Below are positions 20,855 to 30,957 of a stretch of DNA of 64,000 nt, one piece after another; the first letter of the stretch is position 1, and every line of letters starts with the position of its first letter. Under the pieces are notes generated by a model. It did not search any database and was not told the DNA's origin. It saw only the letters and a list, made by a program, of their open reading frames with translations. The translations under genes were made by a program, and so were the position numbers. Source of the stretch: a virus (taxonomy: Duplodnaviria; Heunggongvirae; Uroviricota; Caudoviricetes); IMG/VR virus record IMGVR_UViG_3300038443_000757, positions 84,614-148,613 of that record. One strand, 5' to 3'.

Positions 20855-21347
20855 TTTTCATCCCACCAAACACAGCCATACTTGCCTGCAATCTGATAGC
20901 ATCAAACCTCTCATCCACATTCATATGAATGAAATTTTCAAAATGAAGTTTGCCAAGGGTACCAATACTCTGCCCGCCAAAATGTTTGACGAGATGATGC
21001 ATGATCATATAAGGTCTTATGGAAGATTTTCCATCGTTGACAAGCCACAATCCTTTTGCAACTATAATATCAAAGAACAGAGATGTTTGAGCAATCTCTT
21101 GACTACCATCAAAAATTCCATCGGGATAGTAAACTCTAATCTCTGAGCAATCAGAAAGGGTAGAGTTTGGAAGGAATGGATATGGAAAAACTTTTGTCAT
21201 AATAAGATTGGTTGCAGGAATTGCAACGTCAGGCTGAGACAAAGGATTTTTTAAATCATAAGTCAAATATTTTACAATCTCTTTAACCTTAACAATTTCT
21301 TGCAGGATTAAAGGCAAGTTATCTGCTATTAATTCAATGTTTACCAT
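20847..21347 (-). CDS. tail terminator/neck protein-like
   Basis: 166 aa; LTYD..NPLSQPD, GIGTL...F motifs; position. Confidence 0.5.
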   Translation of the reverse strand: MVNIELIADNLPLILQEIVKVKEIVKYLTYDLKNPLSQPDVAIPATNLIMTKVFPYPFLPNSTLSDCSEIRVYYPDGIFDGSQEIAQTSLFFDIIVAKGLWLVNDGKSSIRPYMIMHHLVKHFGGQSIGTLGKLHFENFIHMNVDERFDAIRLQASMAVFGGMKNV

Positions 21348-22039
21348 GGCTGACTACCTCCACTTCCCCCTGTATTTGGTTTGATAACTTGTGAGTTATC
21401 AGCAACCTTGTTAACAAAATCATCTAAAGGACTTTTTGTTGTGAGTCTAAGAGAAAATCTAATTAGTCCAGAACCATTTATAACATCAGTCACATCGTCC
21501 ATACCTTTAATCTGATAGACTTGGCTTCCAATTATAAATCTTTGTGTTGCAACTATTGTCTTTGTGAATGAATTATATTGAACATAAGCTCTAAGTTCAC
21601 CCTCAAGAGTATTCATTTCAATTCTGTCAGCATCATCAATACCAAAACTAGTGCCTCCACTGGCAATAACTGCTTTATACTCTTTTATGGTTCCTGTAGA
21701 GTCTTTCCATTTCAGCGATTCATTACAACGCTGTGCAACAGCTTTTGGATAAACTTCATGATTTTTAACTGAGAAAACCAACCAGTTAACACCATTGAAG
21801 ATTATAAAGTCTCCAACATTTGATAGAGTTAGTGGCCTATAAAGCAAGCTCAACTCTTTCGAATCATCGCTGATATTTATTCTTGCTTCTTTATTAACAC
21901 CATTTAGTGTTACAGTTCCATAAGAAGGACTGTCTGCAAATGTGCTGTTAACTAGTGAGATGCTAGATTTTGTAACACTGTCCTCGATATTCTGTCCACC
22001 AGCCTGAACTCTCTTTTTGTAGTCATCAAAATATGTCAT
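21341..22039 (-). CDS. head-closure/head-tail joining protein
   Basis: F.DSPSY, CN..LKW.D..G motifs; start MTYFDDY with GGTGA RBS. Confidence 0.6.
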   Translation of the reverse strand: MTYFDDYKKRVQAGGQNIEDSVTKSSISLVNSTFADSPSYGTVTLNGVNKEARINISDDSKELSLLYRPLTLSNVGDFIIFNGVNWLVFSVKNHEVYPKAVAQRCNESLKWKDSTGTIKEYKAVIASGGTSFGIDDADRIEMNTLEGELRAYVQYNSFTKTIVATQRFIIGSQVYQIKGMDDVTDVINGSGLIRFSLRLTTKSPLDDFVNKVADNSQVIKPNTGGSGGSQPW

Positions 22040-22040
22040 A

Positions 22041-22370
22041 TTATTCACCACTTTCAACAGTGGGCTTTAACTTTTTTGCAATGTCGATACACTTAAATAC
22101 TTCTTTCTTAATAAAATCTTTGTCAGAGTCAAACATGATAGAATCATTAGAAATTGATTCTAATGTTGCTATTAGAATAAGAATGTCAGGATTGTCATTT
22201 AAAGATTCGATTACCCAAATCAAACCATCAAATTCATAAATTAGCGACTGAATATATCTAAATAGTCCATCATTTTTTTCTTCATAGAGCGGCAATATTT
22301 TGTAAAGTCTATCTACCAAGGACGATGAATAATTTATAAATATCTTACTGTTCTCAGTAATCTTCTTCAT
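22041..22370 (-). CDS. hypothetical virion-module protein
   Basis: 109 aa, coupled to neighbours. Confidence 0.55.
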   Translation of the reverse strand: MKKITENSKIFINYSSSLVDRLYKILPLYEEKNDGLFRYIQSLIYEFDGLIWVIESLNDNPDILILIATLESISNDSIMFDSDKDFIKKEVFKCIDIAKKLKPTVESGE

Positions 22371-22795
22371 ACAAAGCCGTCCAGATTGAACTTGTAGTAT
22401 GAATACTTAGTCATTAATCTTTCTGATTCAGCCTGCATTGTTTTATACAGTGTAATCAGCTTATCTATTTGATTTGCTTGTGAATAAATCTTATAATCAG
22501 GGTCTGACATAGCGATTCTATACAATTCGCTTGTAACAACCTTTGGCCTTAAGTATTCTACTACCATAAGAGCGCCTAAAATATCTTTTTCTTTATCTGA
22601 CAATGTTTTATTAAAAATTTTAGTAGTATCATTTCTATCGCTTAAATCGTTTTTGCAATTATCAAATTTGGTAATTGCAGTCTTCATATATACAAGCAAG
22701 GTAGTTTCCAAATCTACCTGTGACAGATTCAAAAATGAATAATCTGTAATCTTGCTCAAGAAGTAACTATAAACATCACTGTAAGGGGTACTCAT
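22367..22795 (-). CDS. head-tail adaptor protein
   Basis: MSTPYSDVYSYFLSKITDY, DFKIYSQAN-like motif; two genes after capsid. Confidence 0.65.
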   Translation of the reverse strand: MSTPYSDVYSYFLSKITDYSFLNLSQVDLETTLLVYMKTAITKFDNCKNDLSDRNDTTKIFNKTLSDKEKDILGALMVVEYLRPKVVTSELYRIAMSDPDYKIYSQANQIDKLITLYKTMQAESERLMTKYSYYKFNLDGFV

Positions 22796-22809
22796 AATGT
22801 TACCTCCTT

Positions 22810-23346
22810 TTAACTGAAATCAGCTTGTAATTCCTGTTCAAGCAATTTAATAGTACGATTGCTATCAAGCGTTCCGTCCAAGATCATATCTTTAACTTTA
22901 TCTTTAAGAATTTCTTTTGCTCCATTTGGAAGAGTTTGAATAGTGCTAGAGATATTTGCCGCTCCACTTTGTAGGAATGCTTCAACATCTTCAATTTTCA
23001 AGAAGTCGTTATAAACCTTTCTAAGTCCAAGATAATCAACAACATCTTCATCTTCAATAATAATCCAAGGCTGGGTCAAGAAACGTGGCTGAGATGCTTT
23101 CATAGTAAGAAGCTCTCCAACAGTAAGCCATTCTGACACTCCATAGTCATCCCAATCAACGTGATAACCATTTCTATTGATGTAAGTCAATGTGCCAGTT
23201 CTTACACTACGACATTCAACTTCCATATCTCTCTCAATAGTTTTCTTTTTTGGTGGAGCAGACTTTACTACCTTTACTTCTTCTTCATTTTCTCCAGAAG
23301 CTACAGCCTCTACAACTTCTTCTTCTTTCTTCTTTCCGTATGCCAT
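22810..23346 (-). CDS. conserved protein following major capsid gene
   Basis: 178 aa, acidic N-terminus, W.DYG..E.LTVGEL..M. Confidence 0.6.
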   Translation of the reverse strand: MAYGKKKEEEVVEAVASGENEEEVKVVKSAPPKKKTIERDMEVECRSVRTGTLTYINRNGYHVDWDDYGVSEWLTVGELLTMKASQPRFLTQPWIIIEDEDVVDYLGLRKVYNDFLKIEDVEAFLQSGAANISSTIQTLPNGAKEILKDKVKDMILDGTLDSNRTIKLLEQELQADFS

Positions 23347-23381
23347 TTTACATATCCCCTTTTTCTCATTTAAATTTAAAT

Positions 23382-23410
23382 AAAGGGATAGCCGAAACTA
23401 TCCCTTTTCT
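23382..23410 (-). terminator. intrinsic terminator after capsid gene
   Basis: AAAGGGATAG/CTATCCCTTT stem with TTCG-containing loop. Confidence 0.8.
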
Positions 23411-23420
23411 GTTATTAAAA

Positions 23421-24428
23421 TTAAGACAGCGTGTAAACACCATAAGCATTGTTGAATTGTACAGCCAAACCATACATCGTTTGGAACGTGTATTCCATGC
23501 TTTGATCCATGTTCTTGCTACCGTCAGAGTTTTCTTGGATGATAGATTGACCTTCACGAACAACTTTAACAGGCTTGCTGTTAGAAGGAAGTACGAAGAG
23601 TTTAGTATCATCAAGAGCAAACGTGAACGTGTTAGGCAGATGAACTTGTTGCAGTTCAAGCAAAGGAATACCATTATAGACATTCAGAAGTCCGCTTTGG
23701 TTGATTTGGTCTTTCATGTTCTCACTCACCAAGAAGGATTGCGAAGAGTAAGCACCGTTGATTTTCTTCAGAGCGTTACGAGTACCAGCAACTACCAGTG
23801 GAGCGTAGTTGTTTGCTACAGATACGTGCTGAACCAGATCATCAAGGTTAACGTCCGTGAAAGAACCAGTTTTCTTGAATTCAGCAGGCAGATATGTAGT
23901 AGCACCAATAAAAGCGTTCATAATGTCAGTGTACATTTGCAGACGCATAGCTTCGTCGATTTTACGAACCAGACCAGCCCAGTCTACGCGACCAGCAAGG
24001 AAACGCAGGAAATCAGTGTAAACCTTAGCACCATACCACGAAGTAGTAACGCTGAAGCTATCACCAATATTCAGTTTTTGTCTACGAAGATCATAGTGAC
24101 CGCCAGCAATTTTGCTGATTGTCAGAACAGAACGATCTTCTACGTAGAATTCATTCTTGTCGCCAAGATTAAGATCACGATATTCAACGAATTGTTCGAA
24201 GAATGGGCTTTGCGTAACGCCACTTGTAATCAGATTGTCAAGAGCAACTTCCATGATTTCAAAAATTTCATTTTTAAACTTACGGAACGTGCGGAAATCA
24301 GGCTTGTCAGTACCCATCAGTTCAACAAACTCTTTACGGATAGATTCCGAAGCTTGATGAGCAGAGAAATTAAGTACATTGCCTTTTACAGTATCAATAG
24401 CCAATTTAATAAGAGCAGCTTTTTCCAT
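23421..24428 (-). CDS. major capsid protein
   Basis: 335 aa, FVEYRDLNLGDKNEF, strongest high-expression codon bias, position after decoration gene. Confidence 0.9.
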   Translation of the reverse strand: MEKAALIKLAIDTVKGNVLNFSAHQASESIRKEFVELMGTDKPDFRTFRKFKNEIFEIMEVALDNLITSGVTQSPFFEQFVEYRDLNLGDKNEFYVEDRSVLTISKIAGGHYDLRRQKLNIGDSFSVTTSWYGAKVYTDFLRFLAGRVDWAGLVRKIDEAMRLQMYTDIMNAFIGATTYLPAEFKKTGSFTDVNLDDLVQHVSVANNYAPLVVAGTRNALKKINGAYSSQSFLVSENMKDQINQSGLLNVYNGIPLLELQQVHLPNTFTFALDDTKLFVLPSNSKPVKVVREGQSIIQENSDGSKNMDQSMEYTFQTMYGLAVQFNNAYGVYTLS

Positions 24429-24461
24429 TTTTTTCTTACCTCCTATGTATAAAATTTAATA

Positions 24462-24998
24462 TTAAGCTTCGTTTTTAACTACTTGAATAACAACGTACTT
24501 ATTGATACGAGCGATAGAACCAGCTTGACCAATCAGAGTTGTCGTTCCAAGAACTTCAACGTCGATGATTTTACCAACAAATTTCTCAGTAGTAGTGGAT
24601 GTAGCTTCTTTCAGCTTCAGTCCAGCTTGAGCAACTACAAAGTTACCTTTTACAGCGTCAGTGCCCAACAGAGTCAGACCATCATAAGTAACAGAGAAAA
24701 TGTCACCTCTTGCGATATCATAAACGCGAGCGGCTGTACCAGCAGGAATATAGAAATTCTCAAGAGCACCAGCCTTAGTCGTTGTTTGATCATAAATGAT
24801 CTCAGGCGAAGCTACGAGATACAGAGAACCATCACCAGCGGAAGGAACAGTTACGTTGAACAAGTCACGTTGACCAGTTACGTTTGTACCAATTTTAACT
24901 ACATTACCATTGTCCATGTCAGCAGAGTGAACAACGTCATAAAGGTGTCCTACATAAGCGCTACGAACTTTGTCAAGTCTTACAATTGCATGTGCCAT
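24462..24998 (-). CDS. capsid decoration/cement protein
   Basis: 178 aa between scaffold and MCP, high-expression codons. Confidence 0.65.
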   Translation of the reverse strand: MAHAIVRLDKVRSAYVGHLYDVVHSADMDNGNVVKIGTNVTGQRDLFNVTVPSAGDGSLYLVASPEIIYDQTTTKAGALENFYIPAGTAARVYDIARGDIFSVTYDGLTLLGTDAVKGNFVVAQAGLKLKEATSTTTEKFVGKIIDVEVLGTTTLIGQAGSIARINKYVVIQVVKNEA

Positions 24999-25052
24999 TT
25001 ATTAAAACCTCCTATAAAAATATATAATTTATTATTTTATTTATGAAAAAGC

Positions 25053-26393
25053 TTATTTATTGTGCTTTTCCAAAATATGCGAATAATCAGCGAAATCTTT
25101 TTCTTCCTTCTTGCCGAAGACAACCTTAACTGCTGGCTTCTTGCTAAATGTAGCAGTCTTCTTACCAACAATAGAGAACAATTCTTTTTCAATATCTTCA
25201 ATAGACAGCGAAGAAGATTTTTCTTTCACAGCACCAATTTCTTCTTCAGTCAATTGCTCAGAGAATCTTTCAAACAACTCTGTTTCTTCTGCCTCTCTTT
25301 GAGCGGCAAGAGTGCTAGATTTAAACTCTCTCAATTCAGTAACTTCCTGAGTAAGCGCTTCCAAATTAGCATTAGCCGAATTCAAAACATCAAAATTATC
25401 AGAAAGTGTATTGAATTTTTCAAGAAGCTCATCATACTTACTAACCATTTCGTTATACTCTACTTCAGTATAAGTTTTTGGCTCTTCATCTTCATGTCCA
25501 CTACATTCTGCTTGACCGCATTTTTCGCAAACATTAGAATGATTTGTTTGTGCAATTTCTTCTGCAATTTGAGAAATCTTAGCTTCAAGCTCTTCTTCTG
25601 TAGAATAATCTTCAAGCTTAAATTCTTTTTCTTGAAGAACCTCTTCTGTCAGAGAGAATTTAGCCAAAAGCTCGACCAGTTTTTCGTTCATGACTTCACC
25701 CTCCTTATTTTTATTTATATCATCACCATTAGGAGATTGATACTTAGAGAATACAACTTTAAATTCTTCCAGTTTTTCTTGTACTTCTTTTTGAAATGCT
25801 TCCATGTCAAATGCTGTAAAGTTTTTAACCTCTACACTTGCACTATTCATAGCTGGCATAACACCTTCTCCAAGAATACAAGCACCAAAGAATTTAAAAT
25901 CTTCAAAGTGGAAAAGTCCTGATTCATCCCATTTGCCTTTGTAATCATCATGAAGTTCCATACTTTGACTCTTGATTCCATCACGATTCATGATTTCAAT
26001 TGGTGTATTCCACTTTCTCCAAAGGATACCTTCGACAGTGAGATATGTTCTTTCGATACCATCATCACCAACTCTAGTTTCAAATTTGGCATTATTATCT
26101 TGTGGAATAGTACCAAAAGCCTGACCAAGATATTCGTACTCGACATTATCTTTTTCAATCGTAATTCTCATTCTATGATCTGAAAAATCAGGTTCGTCAC
26201 GATTTACTTCTATGTACCCCAAAATAGGTGTATCAGCAAGAGATGGAATTGCTTTTTCTACTACTTCTTTGCTAAAATAACTTCCATTATAATTTTGTTC
26301 AAGATGCATGAGCCAAATTTTAACTCTCATAAACCTTGAATCATAATCATCTAATTTTTGAAAGATTACAGGGATTTTAGTATTAACCTTCAT
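25053..26393 (-). CDS. prohead protease/scaffold fusion (SPbeta YonD-like)
   Basis: N.N.S.FSKE, GILW.K, SQSMEL, F.GACILG...PAM..A N-domain; acidic coiled-coil C-terminus. Confidence 0.8.
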   Translation of the reverse strand: MKVNTKIPVIFQKLDDYDSRFMRVKIWLMHLEQNYNGSYFSKEVVEKAIPSLADTPILGYIEVNRDEPDFSDHRMRITIEKDNVEYEYLGQAFGTIPQDNNAKFETRVGDDGIERTYLTVEGILWRKWNTPIEIMNRDGIKSQSMELHDDYKGKWDESGLFHFEDFKFFGACILGEGVMPAMNSASVEVKNFTAFDMEAFQKEVQEKLEEFKVVFSKYQSPNGDDINKNKEGEVMNEKLVELLAKFSLTEEVLQEKEFKLEDYSTEEELEAKISQIAEEIAQTNHSNVCEKCGQAECSGHEDEEPKTYTEVEYNEMVSKYDELLEKFNTLSDNFDVLNSANANLEALTQEVTELREFKSSTLAAQREAEETELFERFSEQLTEEEIGAVKEKSSSLSIEDIEKELFSIVGKKTATFSKKPAVKVVFGKKEEKDFADYSHILEKHNK

Positions 26394-26528
26394 CTTATCG
26401 TTCTCACTCCTTTCTTAAATTAATTAAGGTTATAATTAATTTTTAATTGTTTAAAAATAGAAAACAAAAAGAAAGGAAGTGGATGAATGTCAATAAAATA
26501 AAGACTACCACCCTTATCCTTTCTCATT

Positions 26529-26557
26529 ATTATACCATTATATATTACATATGTCAA
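26529..26557 (-). promoter_or_regulatory. sigmaA-type promoter
   Basis: TTGACA-17-TATAAT with TG extension between portal and protease. Confidence 0.8.
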
Positions 26558-26571
26558 TTAATGTAATAACC

Positions 26572-28056
26572 TTAATTATTATTGCCTTTATTACCATCCC
26601 TAGCTTTTAAGCCTTCATCGGAAACTTTATCGCCTTTACTTGGAGCACCAGCGCCATTTCCATCTGTTCCATCAGTCGTATGACTTGACTGAAGCGGGAT
26701 AAGCTTCTCATTAAGTCCTAATATATCGTTCTCAAGAACTATCATATTAATCATTGAACTAGGAGAAAAACCCAAAGAAGCGGCGATAGCCATCTTAACT
26801 GGCATACCAAACTGTCCAGCTTGTAATATATCAGTAAAGAAATCATGTTGATTAAAGATTGAGATATCAAGAATTCTAACCTTAAACATTGGAGTGCCAA
26901 TAAGGTATTTAATCCTTCTGTTAATCCATCTTTCTACCTGTCTGATAACACCAAATGCCATGGCCTCATCTGTCTGAATTGATTTAGATAATCCAATGCT
27001 TGTAGTCTTATCAGCGTTGAACAGAAGTTGACTTACACCAGTCGTATTCCAGAAGTCTCGTTCTGCTTTGGCTACGTTGTCAAAATCAGCCTGATCCTTT
27101 TCAAAGCTTACACTATCAGTTTCAAATGGTCCAGTAATGATTCCTACTTGATCAGGTAACACTTGAGCGGCTTTATTATGGAATGCCATAGCTGTTTCAA
27201 GATCAATAGCGAAGTCATTGTTGTTTTCACTGTCAAGTCTAACAGGAATCTTTTGAATTAGAATCTTATAGTTAGAAATTTCTTCTCTATCTTTTCTTAA
27301 AGCCTTGTAATCCTCAATGTCAAAGATTGACTCAAACGTACTAAAGAATGGTGGCATGATATAATCCAAATCCTCATTAATCTTAATGCAAATTGTCCTT
27401 TCAGGATCAAGCTCTTGCCACTTCATTTTAGATGGGTCTTTTCTAAATCTATTATACATCTTTTTAAACTCTGACGGATACATGTCCAATTGCTCAGGAT
27501 TAGTTGTAAAGTAGCTAAAATCAAATGCAAAATTGAAACAGCCATCTTCTTGACTTGAGATTTGACAAAACTCTGGATCAAGTTTTTGAATAAAATAGGA
27601 ATTGTCAGACATATGTTCATATCCATAGAATACATCATCACGATAAGCAATATTGAGAACCTTCAGGAATTCATGTCTAATATTCATTTTTTCAATAAAA
27701 TCCAGAACACCTTTATATTGATTTTTAAACTTATTAACATTAATCTTTTCGAAGTCAACATTGTAAGGTTCTACAATATAATACAATGGCATAAGTCTTG
27801 AGAAATAATTTACAAGTCTTTTGTAATGTGGACTCTTATTATAAAGAATCATGCTCAAGTCTCTAATCTGCTTTTCGTATCTTGATGGATTCTCTACGTA
27901 TGTAGCAATATCATCTCTTGAATATTTTCTTAGAACTTTTGTATAGCTTTTTGTCGTTGTCAAATCTCTAATAATAAGCTTGTTTAGAGTTGCATAATCA
28001 ATGGCTACACTAGCTCTTTTAAACTCTTTATTAATTTCTTCACTCACTATATTCAC
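26572..28056 (-). CDS. portal protein
   Basis: 494 aa immediately after TerL; DVFYGY, IPLQSSHT C-terminal motif. Confidence 0.85.
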   Translation of the reverse strand: MNIVSEEINKEFKRASVAIDYATLNKLIIRDLTTTKSYTKVLRKYSRDDIATYVENPSRYEKQIRDLSMILYNKSPHYKRLVNYFSRLMPLYYIVEPYNVDFEKINVNKFKNQYKGVLDFIEKMNIRHEFLKVLNIAYRDDVFYGYEHMSDNSYFIQKLDPEFCQISSQEDGCFNFAFDFSYFTTNPEQLDMYPSEFKKMYNRFRKDPSKMKWQELDPERTICIKINEDLDYIMPPFFSTFESIFDIEDYKALRKDREEISNYKILIQKIPVRLDSENNNDFAIDLETAMAFHNKAAQVLPDQVGIITGPFETDSVSFEKDQADFDNVAKAERDFWNTTGVSQLLFNADKTTSIGLSKSIQTDEAMAFGVIRQVERWINRRIKYLIGTPMFKVRILDISIFNQHDFFTDILQAGQFGMPVKMAIAASLGFSPSSMINMIVLENDILGLNEKLIPLQSSHTTDGTDGNGAGAPSKGDKVSDEGLKARDGNKGNNN

Positions 28057-28063
28057 CCCTCAA

Positions 28064-29803
28064 TTATCTTCCCAGCCTTGACTTAGGAGATTTGGCAAGG
28101 AAAAAGCTTGCCGCATTTATAGTTTCTCTTTTACGAATAGTATTCTTCATCTCTAAATTGTAAATATAGTAAAGTCCATATTCAAATGCAGAGAATTTAT
28201 CCTTATTGATTGAACGTGATATTTGTTTAACCTGTGTTTGATTACCAGTTTGTTTGTGCTCAAGGTTCATAATCTCTTCACACATCAAGTCAGCCATTGC
28301 AAAAGGCATAAGCATTTTAGCCACTTTTTCAGGGTCTGTATTAGCTTTAATTTCAGCCCTAGCCTGAGTTTCGCCATGAAGAATTTTGACTTTATGAGTA
28401 GAAATCATATTGACAAAAACGTTATGTATATTTGAAGCCCTATCTTCTTTAGTATTTGAACTTAATGCATAAAGAAGTGGAACACTATTTTCTGTTTTGT
28501 ATTTGCTATATCTGTCATCATTGACAACAGAATAAGCTGGGTTTTCATCGCATTCCGTAACAAGTACGTCAACCAAACCTTTACCAGCACCATTCGCATC
28601 CACTACAACCATAGATGCTTTAAAGTCATTTACTTTTTTCTTTATAAATATCCCTTGCTCAGTAAAGTGTGTTCCTTCAAAACTGTACATATTAACCATG
28701 TGTTTTTGGTAAGTTCCATCTCCACGTGGAATGATCTTAATAACTGCTAATGCACAATTTGCATTCTGAGAACCTTCAGCACGTGCAACGTCATAGCTGA
28801 GAATGTATTCAATACCCTTTTCTCCGCTATGTTTCTCTTCTGCTTTAGTAAGCACTCTGCAAGCCAATAGATCATCCAATTGAACAAGTGAATTATCGCT
28901 TGTACCAGTCCACACACTTTCATATTCCCTCGCAAATGCAAGAGGATTGAATGTAGGTTGCTCTTTTAGTTCATTAATAAATCCAATATCCAATTGTCCA
29001 TGCATACATGCTAGTTCATAACTTGCACCTAAGCAGAATGATTGTTTACCTTGAGTCATCTCTAGCAAGACTTCTCTCATCTTTTCAAAAGCAAAAGATT
29101 GACGAGTTCCACTAGTTGTGATATACCATTGGAACTTATGTATTTCATTGGGGTCAACCCTATTGTCGTTCTCATCCTTATATTCACTTAATCTATCGTT
29201 AGCCATAAGAGGAATAACAACAGAGTGCAAAGTGTCCTTTTTCATTTTAGGGTCAACAATCTCTTCTATTGCTCCGCCATTTCTACGCCCTCCACGTTCA
29301 GCATCAGCAACTTGAACAACATCAAGTCTTGAGCCGTTGTGGAATGTAAGTTTGGTAAAGTCTTTCTGAAACTCTATCTTTGCAATTTCATCTTTAAGAA
29401 TAGGATAAAAGTTCCAGATGTTTTCAATATTCTCTTTAGAAATCTTAGCCGCTTGTTCTTTATTTGGAGCACAAATAAATAAATGAGTGCCGGGATACAT
29501 AATGCATTTCAAATAAAGAGCGAGAATTTGAGTAAATGATTTTGCAGTACCACGTGTAAATGTAAAGAAAACCTTCTTATACCTAAACAAGACTCTAAGC
29601 ATTACTCTTTGATAGAAATAAAGATTGATTTTACAATCATCTGGTTTAATAAAGTCAATAAATCTATCAGGATAAGCGCGCCAATAAGAACATGCTTTTC
29701 TCCAGTCTGGTTTAGTTTCGGCAAATGATCTAACATTTGCAATCTTTTTTGTAATGTCAATTGTTGGGGTCATTTCTGTCTTAAAATTCTTATAAGATGC
29801 CAT
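28064..29803 (-). CDS. terL: terminase large subunit
   Basis: Walker A-like FTRGTAKS, RGGRRNGGAIEE, ITTSG motif, nuclease YDVAR and KDKFSA. Confidence 0.92.
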   Translation of the reverse strand: MASYKNFKTEMTPTIDITKKIANVRSFAETKPDWRKACSYWRAYPDRFIDFIKPDDCKINLYFYQRVMLRVLFRYKKVFFTFTRGTAKSFTQILALYLKCIMYPGTHLFICAPNKEQAAKISKENIENIWNFYPILKDEIAKIEFQKDFTKLTFHNGSRLDVVQVADAERGGRRNGGAIEEIVDPKMKKDTLHSVVIPLMANDRLSEYKDENDNRVDPNEIHKFQWYITTSGTRQSFAFEKMREVLLEMTQGKQSFCLGASYELACMHGQLDIGFINELKEQPTFNPLAFAREYESVWTGTSDNSLVQLDDLLACRVLTKAEEKHSGEKGIEYILSYDVARAEGSQNANCALAVIKIIPRGDGTYQKHMVNMYSFEGTHFTEQGIFIKKKVNDFKASMVVVDANGAGKGLVDVLVTECDENPAYSVVNDDRYSKYKTENSVPLLYALSSNTKEDRASNIHNVFVNMISTHKVKILHGETQARAEIKANTDPEKVAKMLMPFAMADLMCEEIMNLEHKQTGNQTQVKQISRSINKDKFSAFEYGLYYIYNLEMKNTIRKRETINAASFFLAKSPKSRLGR

Positions 29804-30690
29804 TAAATATCACCTTCGTCAACTTGTGGAGTATCATCTGGAGGCACAATCATTTGCTCCATTTGAAGCAATTTTCTTGTATAATTCCCCAAATACATAA
29901 TCGTTCTATCTACTATATCTTGATTAAATTCAATTGGATAAGGTTCGATAAAACCTTCACTCTCAATCTCTGCGAAGATTGTTGAAAAGTTTCTGATACC
30001 AGCAGATTCACTTCCAGACTTTTTGTCAATTGGTCTAAAACCAGAATTCTTCTTAACTTCTGTAAGTTGTCTATTAAGCTTTTCAAAGTCTGTTGTATTA
30101 TTATTTTCCAGTGCTCTATCAACAAGTACAGTCAATTTACAATACAATGATAAATCCTTTTTGTGTTGTGGAGTTTGAATATCATTTTTATCCATCATCT
30201 CAGTCCACAAATTTTCAAGCTCGTAATATTCTTTATTAGAATATCCCAATCCCCATTTGCGCTTAACGTCAAGACTTGGAGTCCCATATAATTCGCTTTC
30301 TTCCATGTCTTCATAGTTAACAAATGGTTTTTCACTTCCTCCAACACTGTCGCTATACCCTCTGCCCTTGTATTGTGGAAGCGAATTGATGCTACGCAAA
30401 TACCAGCCAAAAGGCTCCTTGCCTGAAGTTACTGCCTTATTCCATTCAGAAACATTAAATGGTCTATCAATTTGCCTTAGTATCCTTTGCACTGCTTCCA
30501 ATCCTTCTACCTCAATTTGTTCCTGAATGCATTCTTTACAAATTGGTGATTTTCCATCTGGAAACAAAGGACTCTCTGTTGCGTAAAATCTGATCAAAGA
30601 CAACTCTCTGTCACAACCTACACAAACTTTTTTATCTTTTACTACTCGCTTAACCTTTTTTGCTCTTCCGCCTCCGGCGTTTCCAGCCAT
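29803..30690 (-). CDS. Zn-finger protein, putative small terminase-like (SPbeta YonG-like)
   Basis: CVGC...CKEC, KWG.GY motif; directly upstream of TerL. Confidence 0.6.
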   Translation of the reverse strand: MAGNAGGGRAKKVKRVVKDKKVCVGCDRELSLIRFYATESPLFPDGKSPICKECIQEQIEVEGLEAVQRILRQIDRPFNVSEWNKAVTSGKEPFGWYLRSINSLPQYKGRGYSDSVGGSEKPFVNYEDMEESELYGTPSLDVKRKWGLGYSNKEYYELENLWTEMMDKNDIQTPQHKKDLSLYCKLTVLVDRALENNNTTDFEKLNRQLTEVKKNSGFRPIDKKSGSESAGIRNFSTIFAEIESEGFIEPYPIEFNQDIVDRTIMYLGNYTRKLLQMEQMIVPPDDTPQVDEGDI

Positions 30691-30729
30691 AATAATCTCT
30701 CCCTTGTTAAAAGAAACAAGGTAAGTAGA

Positions 30730-30942
30730 TTACCTTGTTTCTCCACTAAGATATTTCAATGCTTTGTTATTGACCTCTATTTGTTCAGCCAATATTACTC
30801 TCATTCCATTCTTCTCGGCGCTATCATATAATTGCATAAGCGCTTCAAAAATTTCATCATTTGTGCGATCTCCTGTAATAAAATCAAATACATTTAAACA
30901 CACAATTCTTGCATCTTGGAACTTATAATATTTATCTTCCAT
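30730..30942 (-). CDS. hypothetical protein
   Basis: 70-aa ORF with RBS. Confidence 0.55.
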   Translation of the reverse strand: MEDKYYKFQDARIVCLNVFDFITGDRTNDEIFEALMQLYDSAEKNGMRVILAEQIEVNNKALKYLSGETR

Positions 30943-30957
30943 TTATGCATTCCCCTT

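Noticed and set aside
23250-24452. 400-aa plus-strand ORF
   Set aside because: Antisense shadow of the strongly codon-biased major capsid gene; no RBS or protein-like motifs.
25062-25922. 286-aa Phe-rich plus-strand ORF (likewise 15770..16261, 16864..17352, 19382..19948, 38556..39014)
   Set aside because: Antisense shadows of well-supported minus-strand genes.
28064-29803. Intron or intein in terminase, portal or capsid genes
   Set aside because: ORFs are uninterrupted and of normal length, with no intein or group I motifs recognised.
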